Virus genome (UHGV): UHGV-0179801
Direction: 5' to 3' (one strand)
From: a virus
DNA: 43,982 nucleotides
How positions within the stretch are numbered: the first letter of the stretch is position 1; each line of letters starts with the position of its first letter. Under the pieces are notes generated by a model. The model was not told where the DNA came from and made no database searches. It worked only from the letters and a program-made list of their open reading frames with translations. Both the position numbers and the translations under genes were made by a program. This document shows positions 22,079 to 29,211 of the stretch, piece after piece.

Positions 22079-22531
22079 ATGTTAGAACAATTTCTTAAAT
22101 TACTGGAACGTTTCGTAGTTGCACATGAACTGATTGCCGCGAACAGTGTGAAACAAGTTGTCGTTGCTGAAACTGCAACAATCGCGCCTACTGTTGCAAC
22201 AAAAGAAATCCCGGTCGAAGGTGAAGACGTAGTTGACACTAAACCGGCAGAAGAAGAGAAGCCGAAACGCAAGCCGCGTAAAGCTAAAGTAGAGGAACCT
22301 ACGCCAGAGCCAGAAGAAGAAGTCGACTACCAGTCTCTGCGCGACCAGATTCAGGCTATCGATGATGCCATTAACGAAGGTCCGAGCGATGCCGCGTGCG
22401 ACGATTCTGATGAACTGCTGGAAGAGTTCACGGGTAAGAAGATGAAGATTGCTGCGATTAAAGACGAAGACCTGGCCGAGTACCTGGAGCGCCTGACGGC
22501 AATCAAGAACAAGTATTTCGAAGAAGAATAA
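22079..22531 (+). CDS. strongly acidic protein (150 aa)
   Basis: ORF track; AGGAGA SD; Glu/Asp-rich, ends KYFEEE. Confidence 0.65.
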   Translation: MLEQFLKLLERFVVAHELIAANSVKQVVVAETATIAPTVATKEIPVEGEDVVDTKPAEEEKPKRKPRKAKVEEPTPEPEEEVDYQSLRDQIQAIDDAINEGPSDAACDDSDELLEEFTGKKMKIAAIKDEDLAEYLERLTAIKNKYFEEE

Positions 22532-22535
22532 CTAT

Positions 22536-22557
22536 CCCGCGGCCTTCGGGCCGCTTT
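22536..22557 (+). terminator. hairpin terminator
   Basis: GCGGCC-TTCG-GGCCGC then TTTAAA. Confidence 0.45.
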
Positions 22558-22574
22558 AAATGAGGGTCGGAATT

Positions 22575-22910
22575 ATGAACTACGAAAATTTAACAGACAT
22601 AGAAATTAATGCACGCGTCAGCCGCGAGCTATACGGCAATGTTTCGCGAGGGCATCAGATGGAATTAGCTTCTGGTGATGTTGATTATTGCAACCGCGTT
22701 GAAGACGCATGGCCTGTTATCACCGGTAACAACATCTCGATTGTAGCTACCGATTCAGAATGGATTGCTTTACCGGATAATGCGGTTATTGACGGTATTA
22801 CCGGAGACGCCACCAGTATGATTTACGTTGGTGACGAATGCGTTATCGGCGAAAACCCTCTACGCGCCGCCATGATTGTATTTCTGAAAATGCGGGAGAA
22901 GGCGCAATGA
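22575..22910 (+). CDS. DUF2591 / NinX-like protein (111 aa)
   Basis: ORF 22560..22910 trimmed to ATG 22575; N-terminus MNYENLTDIEINARVSRELYG resembles NinX-family starts (memory). Confidence 0.5.
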   Translation: MNYENLTDIEINARVSRELYGNVSRGHQMELASGDVDYCNRVEDAWPVITGNNISIVATDSEWIALPDNAVIDGITGDATSMIYVGDECVIGENPLRAAMIVFLKMREKAQ

Positions 22911-23179
22911 TTTACCAACTCTACCGCGCCGTAGACAGGCGGGATAACACAGAGGCGCTATGGCTGTTACGTGCGCCGTCAGGGGCGCACCTGATGGAAG
23001 AGATGGCGTACTTAGGCAAAGTACCTCGGCCTAAAGATATAGGCCGTCACGTGTCGCAGATTAAGCGCACGACTTTCGCAAAACCTGACTTCTATGTCTT
23101 CGAGTCGATGTACAGCTGGGCCTTGCATTGCGACCATAAGACACAGCATTTAATCGACCAGTGGGAGAACAGGGTATGA
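22907..23179 (+). CDS. hypothetical protein (90 aa)
   Basis: ORF 22838..23179 trimmed to ATG 22907 (ATGA coupling). Confidence 0.55.
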   Translation: MIYQLYRAVDRRDNTEALWLLRAPSGAHLMEEMAYLGKVPRPKDIGRHVSQIKRTTFAKPDFYVFESMYSWALHCDHKTQHLIDQWENRV

Positions 23180-24417
23180 TTCTAAAAGAACGCGGCGGCA
23201 ATAACGATGTGCACGCCTTATTGTCACCATCAGGCGCTAAAAAGTGGTTAAGTTGCGCCGCATCACTGGCCTGTGAAAAAGATATTCCTAACACGTCCGG
23301 TAAAGCAGCCGTTACAGGAACCGCGTGTCACACTATAGCTGAGGTCCATCTAAACCAGTACATCAAAGGCACTGCGCTGCCGTTAGAGCGTGAAGTCGGT
23401 GCCTACGTGCTGGATGAGGGTAAAGGCCAGATTAAGGCGCTAATCAGCCCGATGAAAGGCGCTGTACTGATTACGGCGGACATGATTGAGCAAGTGCGCA
23501 AGTACACCGACTACTGCAAACCGATTATTGACGTCGCGACTTATGCCAAGCTGGAAATGCGCGTCAATCTTACTGAGGTATTGCATCCTGGTTATGAAGA
23601 CGTCGAGACGTTCGGGACAGCCGACCTTGTTGCCGTTCAGGAGCTGGCTAACTCCGACGAGCACATGCTTATCGTCGGCGACCTTAAAACCGGACGGCAT
23701 CGTGTCGAAGCGAAAGAAAACAAACAGCTTATGCTATACGCTCTCGGTGTTTATCGCCGACTCAAGAGACGTTATAACATCACCGTGGTTCGTCTGGTCA
23801 TCTTCCAGCCCTACGCTGGTGGTGCGTCGGAGTGGGACATCTCGGTTGAAGGCCTTGAACTGTTCGCTAAGTTTGCGCAGAAACGCGCACTGTTAGCTCT
23901 TGATGCGTATTTCCGTGGTAAGAAGAACCTGAAAGCATCGGATTTCAAGCCGTCTGTCGATGGTTGTCAGTGGTGTCGGTTCTCTGAACAATGCGCCGCG
24001 CGTACAAAGACGGTTAATTCTGTACTGGCAGAAGAACTGGAAGACGACTTTGCGCTGGAACTTACACCAGAGCAACTCGTAGCTGAGTATGAGAAGTTGC
24101 CGTTGTTGCGCCAGCACATCGACAAGGTTGAGAAAGCTATGGCCGCCGCGTTGCATTCCGGTAAGAAAGTGCCAGGGTACAAGCTGGTTGAAGGTAAGAT
24201 GGGCAACCGTGCGTGGAAAGACGCGGAGAAAGTGGCAGAACTGTACGGCGACAAGCTGACTAAAGAAGTGCTCATGACACCGACCGAAGCGGTTAAAGTA
24301 ATACCGGAAGAAGAACTGAAAGACTTCATTACCCGTAAGCCTGGCGCGCCATGCGTCGCAACGGCAGACGACAAACGGCCTGAATGGAATCAGGTTAGTG
24401 AAGAAGATTTGGAATAA
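23176..24417 (+). CDS. DUF2800 PD-(D/E)XK, Cas4-like nuclease
   Basis: ATG 23176 (ATGA coupling); LSPSGAKKWLSCAASL N-terminus, DLKTGRH..EAKENKQL core, CQWCRFSEQC Cys cluster; ends SEEDLE. Confidence 0.75.
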   Translation: MILKERGGNNDVHALLSPSGAKKWLSCAASLACEKDIPNTSGKAAVTGTACHTIAEVHLNQYIKGTALPLEREVGAYVLDEGKGQIKALISPMKGAVLITADMIEQVRKYTDYCKPIIDVATYAKLEMRVNLTEVLHPGYEDVETFGTADLVAVQELANSDEHMLIVGDLKTGRHRVEAKENKQLMLYALGVYRRLKRRYNITVVRLVIFQPYAGGASEWDISVEGLELFAKFAQKRALLALDAYFRGKKNLKASDFKPSVDGCQWCRFSEQCAARTKTVNSVLAEELEDDFALELTPEQLVAEYEKLPLLRQHIDKVEKAMAAALHSGKKVPGYKLVEGKMGNRAWKDAEKVAELYGDKLTKEVLMTPTEAVKVIPEEELKDFITRKPGAPCVATADDKRPEWNQVSEEDLE

Positions 24418-24421
24418 AGTG

Positions 24422-24450
24422 TTGACACCTGAATAGTTAGCTATTATATT
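24422..24450 (+). promoter_or_regulatory. type-B promoter/operator (TTGACA-N17-TATATT)
   Basis: TTGACACCTGAATAGTTAGCTATTATATT. Confidence 0.6.
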
Positions 24451-24516
24451 CTAATCACTGGCCGGGCAGCTCCCGGAGTAAACTTTGAAATATAAACTGA
24501 AAAGCGAGAAATCAAG

Positions 24517-25146
24517 ATGGGCATTAAACTGAATCTGCGTAAAGTAAACACTGCATGGGTTAACGTATTCGAACGCGCTGCCGACTCTGAGGACAAGAAA
24601 ACCGGTAAACTGATTAAGGGTAAATACCAGGTTACGGTTCTTATGCAGCCTGACCACCCTCAAATCGACGCGCTTTACGACACCGCGCTGGAAGTTGTAA
24701 CAGAGGCAATCGGGACCGCTGCTGCTGAAAAATGGATGAAGGCCAACTACGGTGTAGACCACCACGCAGATAAATGCTGCGTCCGTGACCTGGCAATGCG
24801 GGATAATCCGATTGAGGATTTTGAAGAAGGTCTGTATTTCCGCGCCACTAACAACCGTCAACCGGTGATTATGACATCGGCTAAAGGTGAAAAACAAACC
24901 GAGCCTGATTTCAACATCGATGGGCAGGAAGTAGAAGGCGAGCAGGTGTACAGCGGGTGTGTAGCAAACGTATCTGTAGAGTTATGGTGGCACAAAGAAT
25001 GGAAAAACCTGTGCGCTACCATCCTCGGCATCAAGTATGCTGGTGAAGGTAAACGCTTCGGCGGCTCCAGTGTAGTAGCGAGCACCGACGACCTGGAAGA
25101 CGACGAAGAAGATGGAGCACCACGCCGCGAACGTCGCCGTCGTTAA
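24517..25146 (+). CDS. DUF2815 ssDNA-binding-like protein
   Basis: 209 aa; position between DUF2800 nuclease and PolA as in the known module; tail STDDLEDDEEDGAPRRERRRR. Confidence 0.65.
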   Translation: MGIKLNLRKVNTAWVNVFERAADSEDKKTGKLIKGKYQVTVLMQPDHPQIDALYDTALEVVTEAIGTAAAEKWMKANYGVDHHADKCCVRDLAMRDNPIEDFEEGLYFRATNNRQPVIMTSAKGEKQTEPDFNIDGQEVEGEQVYSGCVANVSVELWWHKEWKNLCATILGIKYAGEGKRFGGSSVVASTDDLEDDEEDGAPRRERRRR

Positions 25147-25165
25147 TATCTGAATCAATTTTACT

Positions 25166-25188
25166 AAGGCCCTTCATTGGGCCTTTTT
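25166..25188 (+). terminator. intrinsic terminator
   Basis: AAGGCCC-TTCATT-GGGCCTT + TTTT. Confidence 0.65.
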
Positions 25189-25202
25189 ACTAAGGGTCGA
25201 AA

Positions 25203-25361
25203 ATGATGTTTTTCTGTAAGCACGTTTATCGCTATATGAAACCGCTTCCGTGGTACGCGGATGAGTACCGGGCCGGGTACGGGCATGTGTGGATTTGCCG
25301 TGATTGTATGAAAATAAGACTCAGCGAAACGAAGGCACTGGATTTAAGGAAAAAGAAATGA
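25203..25361 (+). CDS. small Cys-rich (zinc-ribbon-like) protein (52 aa)
   Basis: Hand-found: ATG 25203, MMFFCKHVYRYMKPLPWYADEYRAGYGHVWICRDCMKIRLSETKALDLRKKK; ATGA-coupled to polymerase start. Confidence 0.45.
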   Translation: MMFFCKHVYRYMKPLPWYADEYRAGYGHVWICRDCMKIRLSETKALDLRKKK

Positions 25362-27559
25362 GCTATTTATACCTGGACTTTGAAACATTCTCCGAGGCCG
25401 ATTTGAAGAAAGTCGGTTCCTACGCTTACGCCGAACACCCAACCACAGAAGTGCTTATCTGTACCTATGCTTTTGACGACGAGCCTGTGCAGGTATGGGA
25501 TTGCACCGACGGCAGCGACATGCCAGGTGATTTACACCGCGCGTTACGCCGTCTGGTGAAGCTGAACAGCCACATTAAGATGGTGTGGCATAACGGCTCA
25601 ATGTTCGATCGCCTCATCATGAAACACTGCTGGGGTTTTGATATTCCGGTAAGCAACACCATTGATACGATGATTTGGGCGTTTCGTCACGCGCTGCCGG
25701 GTTCTCTTGATGCGTTGTGCGAAGTGCTTGGCGTATCTGCTGACAACGCGAAAGACAAACGAGGCAAGGCGCTGATTCAGCGTTTTTCTAAACCGACACC
25801 GAAGAACTACAAAATCCGCCGTTACACCGCAGAAACACACCCGGACGAGTGGGCGTTGTTCATCAAGTACGCTGTGAGTGACATCACCGCGATGCGCGAA
25901 GTATTCCATAAGCTGCCGCGTTGGGGTAACTCAGAGTTTGAAGACCGTGTACTGGAACTGGACCAGCTAATCAACGACCGCGGGTTTAAGGTTGACGTCG
26001 CACTGGCAGAAGCCGCGATTGAAGCCGTGGAGAAACACAAGGCACAGTTACAGGAAGAAGCCCAACGTAAATACGGCGGCTCGCTTACCGGAAATGACTT
26101 CCTTCCGATTCTGCGTGAACTCGCACCGGCGCACCGTATTCACAACGCGCAGAAGTCTACACTTAACGACCTGCTGGCGGACGATGATTTACCTGACGAC
26201 GCCCGGACGATTATCGAAATGCGCCTCGGGGCGGCGTCTACTGCGTCAACGAAATATAACCCGCTGCTGTTGGGTCGCTCGTCTGACGACCGTCGTCGCG
26301 GTTGCTTGCAGTACGGTGGGGCGAAACGTACTCTGCGATGGGCAGGTAAAGGCTTCCAGCCGCAGAACCTGGCACGCGGTTACTATCACGATGATGAGCT
26401 GGATAAAGGCATTTCGGCGTTACTTAAGGGCCGCGCCCATCGCCGTTTCGATGTAGCCAAGCTAACGGCATCGACGGTTCGTAGTTGCATCATACCGGAA
26501 GCCGGGCACAAGTTTGTCGTAGCTGATTACTCTAACGTCGAAGGTCGGGGGCTTGCGTGGTTGGCTGGTGAAGAAACCGCGCTCGATACCTTCCGCGCCG
26601 GGTTGGATATTTACTGCGTAACCGCGGGCAAGATGTTCGGCATGGACCCTGATGACATTAAGAAAAACTTCAAGGAAATCAGACAGATAGGCAAGGCATG
26701 CGAACTTGGCCTCGGCTACGAGGGGGGCGTAGGTGCTTTCGTTACGTTTGCTAAAAACTTAGGTCTTGACCTTATTGAGATGGCAAAAACAATGGACGGG
26801 ACTTTCCCCGACCACATCTGGGCTGCTACCGCACGTGGGTATGAGTGGGCGCGTATACAAGAAGCAAAGCGCCCTCCACATCCAGGTGAAAAGGATGACA
26901 GACCATCGTATATTCTGGACAAGAAAGTGTGGCGCACATGCGATGCGATCAAGCGTATGTGGCGCGAGTCACACCCGGAAACAGTAGCGTTCTGGCGCGA
27001 CCTTAAAGACGGAATCTTAGCCGCTGTTCGTAATCCTGGACGTGAATTTTGGGCGGGGGCACACTTGCGCAGGAATGGGGAAAGGGCGATCCGCATATGG
27101 CGTAATGTAGAATTTGATTCGTCCGGTAGGAAGGTTCCGGGTTGGTGGTTGTGTGTGGAGTTGCCGTCAGGCCGTATCCTCTCGTATCCGGGAATTGGGG
27201 TTAGTGTGACAAAGGAAACAGACGAGGACGGACGGGTGAACACGAATGTGCGAATCAAGTATCAAGGCGAAAACCAGTTAACCCGCCAATGGACCACCCT
27301 GTACACACACGGCGGCAAAGCCTGTGAAAACATTGTCCAGGCGCTGTGCCGTGATTTACTCGCATATGCGATGATTAATGTTGAGGGCGGCGGGTACCCC
27401 ATCGTGCTTTCGGTACACGATGAACTGGTATGTGAAACTCCAGATACAGCGGATTACACGGTACATGATCTGGAAAAATTAATGTGCGCGTTGCCTAAGT
27501 GGGCAGAAGGCTTCCCTCTTGTAGCGGAAGGTCAGGAGTTAAAACGCTATGCTAAGTAA
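25358..27559 (+). CDS. family-A DNA polymerase with 3'-5' exonuclease domain
   Basis: ORF 25304 (TTG) trimmed to ATG 25358 (AAGGA SD); 733 aa; Exo I YLDFETFS; SVHDELV motif C-like. Confidence 0.9.
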   Translation: MSYLYLDFETFSEADLKKVGSYAYAEHPTTEVLICTYAFDDEPVQVWDCTDGSDMPGDLHRALRRLVKLNSHIKMVWHNGSMFDRLIMKHCWGFDIPVSNTIDTMIWAFRHALPGSLDALCEVLGVSADNAKDKRGKALIQRFSKPTPKNYKIRRYTAETHPDEWALFIKYAVSDITAMREVFHKLPRWGNSEFEDRVLELDQLINDRGFKVDVALAEAAIEAVEKHKAQLQEEAQRKYGGSLTGNDFLPILRELAPAHRIHNAQKSTLNDLLADDDLPDDARTIIEMRLGAASTASTKYNPLLLGRSSDDRRRGCLQYGGAKRTLRWAGKGFQPQNLARGYYHDDELDKGISALLKGRAHRRFDVAKLTASTVRSCIIPEAGHKFVVADYSNVEGRGLAWLAGEETALDTFRAGLDIYCVTAGKMFGMDPDDIKKNFKEIRQIGKACELGLGYEGGVGAFVTFAKNLGLDLIEMAKTMDGTFPDHIWAATARGYEWARIQEAKRPPHPGEKDDRPSYILDKKVWRTCDAIKRMWRESHPETVAFWRDLKDGILAAVRNPGREFWAGAHLRRNGERAIRIWRNVEFDSSGRKVPGWWLCVELPSGRILSYPGIGVSVTKETDEDGRVNTNVRIKYQGENQLTRQWTTLYTHGGKACENIVQALCRDLLAYAMINVEGGGYPIVLSVHDELVCETPDTADYTVHDLEKLMCALPKWAEGFPLVAEGQELKRYAK

Positions 27560-27680
27560 ACTGATTATCGCGATACTGGCGGGATTCGCCGCTGGTGTCT
27601 ACTGTCACGAGGGTCAATACGGCATGATTGTCGCCGTGTTAGGTATGTTCATCGCAATTTATCTGTGGGTGCTGGAATGA
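27549..27680 (+). CDS. small membrane protein (43 aa)
   Basis: Hand-found: MLSKLIIAILAGFAAGVYCHEGQYGMIVAVLGMFIAIYLWVLE; overlaps polymerase stop. Confidence 0.4.
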   Translation: MLSKLIIAILAGFAAGVYCHEGQYGMIVAVLGMFIAIYLWVLE

Positions 27681-27775
27681 AAATTTACTTGTTCTACGAA
27701 GAAGACTGCCGAATCTGTCCGCGCTGCGGGATTGAACATACAAAACGGGAGGGGTGCGTAGATGAGCACGCCTGA
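27677..27775 (+). CDS. possible 32-aa zinc-ribbon peptide
   Basis: ATGA-coupled; MKIYLFYEEDCRICPRCGIEHTKREGCVDEHA. Confidence 0.35.
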   Translation: MKIYLFYEEDCRICPRCGIEHTKREGCVDEHA

Positions 27776-28067
27776 GGGCCGCGTACAGAAATACGCAAAG
27801 GAGCGATTCGAGGCCATTGGTGGCCTCGTTAGAAAGCTGTCTTATGAGGGTAGAAACGGAGCGCCTGACCTGCTGGTAGTCCTTCCGGGAGGGGTGATAT
27901 GGTTCGTCGAGGTGAAGAAAGACGAAAACACGGAACCGGAGGCCCATCAGTTGCGGGAACACAAACGGCTTCGTAAACGTGACGCAAATGTTTTTGTAGT
28001 AGGAACAAAAGAAGAGGTTGACACCCTAATAGCGAACTATTATAGTAGCCATACACCAACAATATAA
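27762..28067 (+). CDS. VRR-NUC domain nuclease
   Basis: 101 aa; GAPDLLVVLPGGVIWFVEVKKDE...QLREHKRL = PD..(D/E)xK VRR-NUC pattern. Confidence 0.8.
   Translation: MSTPEGRVQKYAKERFEAIGGLVRKLSYEGRNGAPDLLVVLPGGVIWFVEVKKDENTEPEAHQLREHKRLRKRDANVFVVGTKEEVDTLIANYYSSHTPTI
28018..28046 (+). promoter_or_regulatory. type-B promoter/operator (TTGACA-N17-TATAGT) inside 3' end of VRR-NUC gene
   Basis: TTGACACCCTAATAGCGAACTATTATAGT; leader ACACCAACAAT shared with copy 40223. Confidence 0.55.
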
Positions 28068-28078
28068 GGAATTGAGAA

Positions 28079-28270
28079 ATGAAATACGAATATGACCGTA
28101 AACCAGCACGTGACATCGTACCTGGCGACATGATTTTCAATGTTAAGACCCGCCGTCCTGTTGCCGTTGATACGGTGTACGTAGAGTCGAACGGTAAACT
28201 GGTTATCGAAGATGTAACCGGTAATATTACGGCGTTTGGGCGTAAAGAGTTAGTTCTGGTGGCGAAATGA
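28079..28270 (+). CDS. hypothetical protein (63 aa)
   Basis: ORF track; AAGGA SD. Confidence 0.6.
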   Translation: MKYEYDRKPARDIVPGDMIFNVKTRRPVAVDTVYVESNGKLVIEDVTGNITAFGRKELVLVAK

Positions 28271-29211
28271 ACTATTACAATGAATGGGATAAAGGCGCTG
28301 CCGCGTGGCTGCGTGAATTAATAAAACAGGGGCACATACCTTTTGGAGTTGTAGATGAAAGAAGTATTACCGAAGTTAAGCCAGAAGACCTCGACGGATT
28401 CACCCAGTGTCATTTTTTCGCTGGTATCGGCGGCTGGCCTCTCGCGCTCAGACTTGCGGGAGTTCCGGAAGATGCGCCTCTCTGGACGGGAAGCCCGCCT
28501 TGCCAACCGTTTAGCGCGGCGGGAAAGCAACTTGGACAGTTCGACCCGAGACACCTCGCGCCAGTCTTCCTCGACCTCATCAGCGAGTGCCGCCCTCCAG
28601 TCCTCTTTGGGGAACAGGTTGCGCCAGCAATTGCAAAATCGTGGATGTGCGATTTACAAACTCATCTGGAAGGAGAAGACTACGCCGTCGGGTTTGCTGT
28701 ACTCCCAGCTTGTAGCGTCGGCGCACCGCACAAAAGAGAACGACTCTTCTTTGGTGCGCACGAATTGGCCTACACCGACAGCGAACGACTACAAGGGGAG
28801 TGGAGAGACAGTGATTCGCAAGGACGGGAAGGACAGAACATTCGACAGGCTGGACTACTCAACGGAGCAGGGGCTGAAACTGACGAGTTGGCCTACTCCT
28901 CGCAGTGCGGACGGAGAAAAGAACGTGAGAACATTAGAGGGGTCGCTATCAGAGATTCGGAGGAAGGGTGGGCCTCAGGACGTAGCGCAAGCTGCTGCAA
29001 TAACACAGCCAATCCGCATCACGGCTTCTGGTCAGACGCTGACTGGCTTGGATGCAGGGACGGAAAGTTCAGGCCAGTTGAATCCGGCACATTCCCGCTG
29101 GCTAATGGGATACCCGCCAGAGTGGGACGATTGCGCGGTTACGGCAATGCCATCGTCCCGCAAGTAGCCGCTGAATTTATAAAGGCGTTCATGGGGGCTG
29201 TAAATGAGTAA
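28267..29211 (+). CDS. DNA (cytosine-5) methyltransferase, frame A
   Basis: 314 aa; motifs I FAGIGG (28417), IV SPPCQPFS (28492), VI FGEQV (28606), VIII GAPHKRERLFF (28720), X GYGNAIVPQ (29137). Confidence 0.85.
   Translation: MNYYNEWDKGAAAWLRELIKQGHIPFGVVDERSITEVKPEDLDGFTQCHFFAGIGGWPLALRLAGVPEDAPLWTGSPPCQPFSAAGKQLGQFDPRHLAPVFLDLISECRPPVLFGEQVAPAIAKSWMCDLQTHLEGEDYAVGFAVLPACSVGAPHKRERLFFGAHELAYTDSERLQGEWRDSDSQGREGQNIRQAGLLNGAGAETDELAYSSQCGRRKERENIRGVAIRDSEEGWASGRSASCCNNTANPHHGFWSDADWLGCRDGKFRPVESGTFPLANGIPARVGRLRGYGNAIVPQVAAEFIKAFMGAVNE
28355..29167 (+). CDS. overlapping +1-frame ORF with MTase TRD/C-terminal-type motifs (frame B)
   Basis: 270 aa, ATG 28355 with GGAG 6 nt upstream; YKLIWKEKTTPSG, NWPTPTANDYKG, SWPTPRSADGEKN, QLNPAHSRWLMGYPPEWDDC; expression unproven. 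Confidence 0.45.
   Translation: MKEVLPKLSQKTSTDSPSVIFSLVSAAGLSRSDLREFRKMRLSGREARLANRLARRESNLDSSTRDTSRQSSSTSSASAALQSSLGNRLRQQLQNRGCAIYKLIWKEKTTPSGLLYSQLVASAHRTKENDSSLVRTNWPTPTANDYKGSGETVIRKDGKDRTFDRLDYSTEQGLKLTSWPTPRSADGEKNVRTLEGSLSEIRRKGGPQDVAQAAAITQPIRITASGQTLTGLDAGTESSGQLNPAHSRWLMGYPPEWDDCAVTAMPSSRK

Noticed and set aside
26716-27258. 180-aa antisense ORF inside the DNA polymerase gene.
   Set aside because: It is an in-phase antisense frame with no initiation signals and a low-complexity translation.
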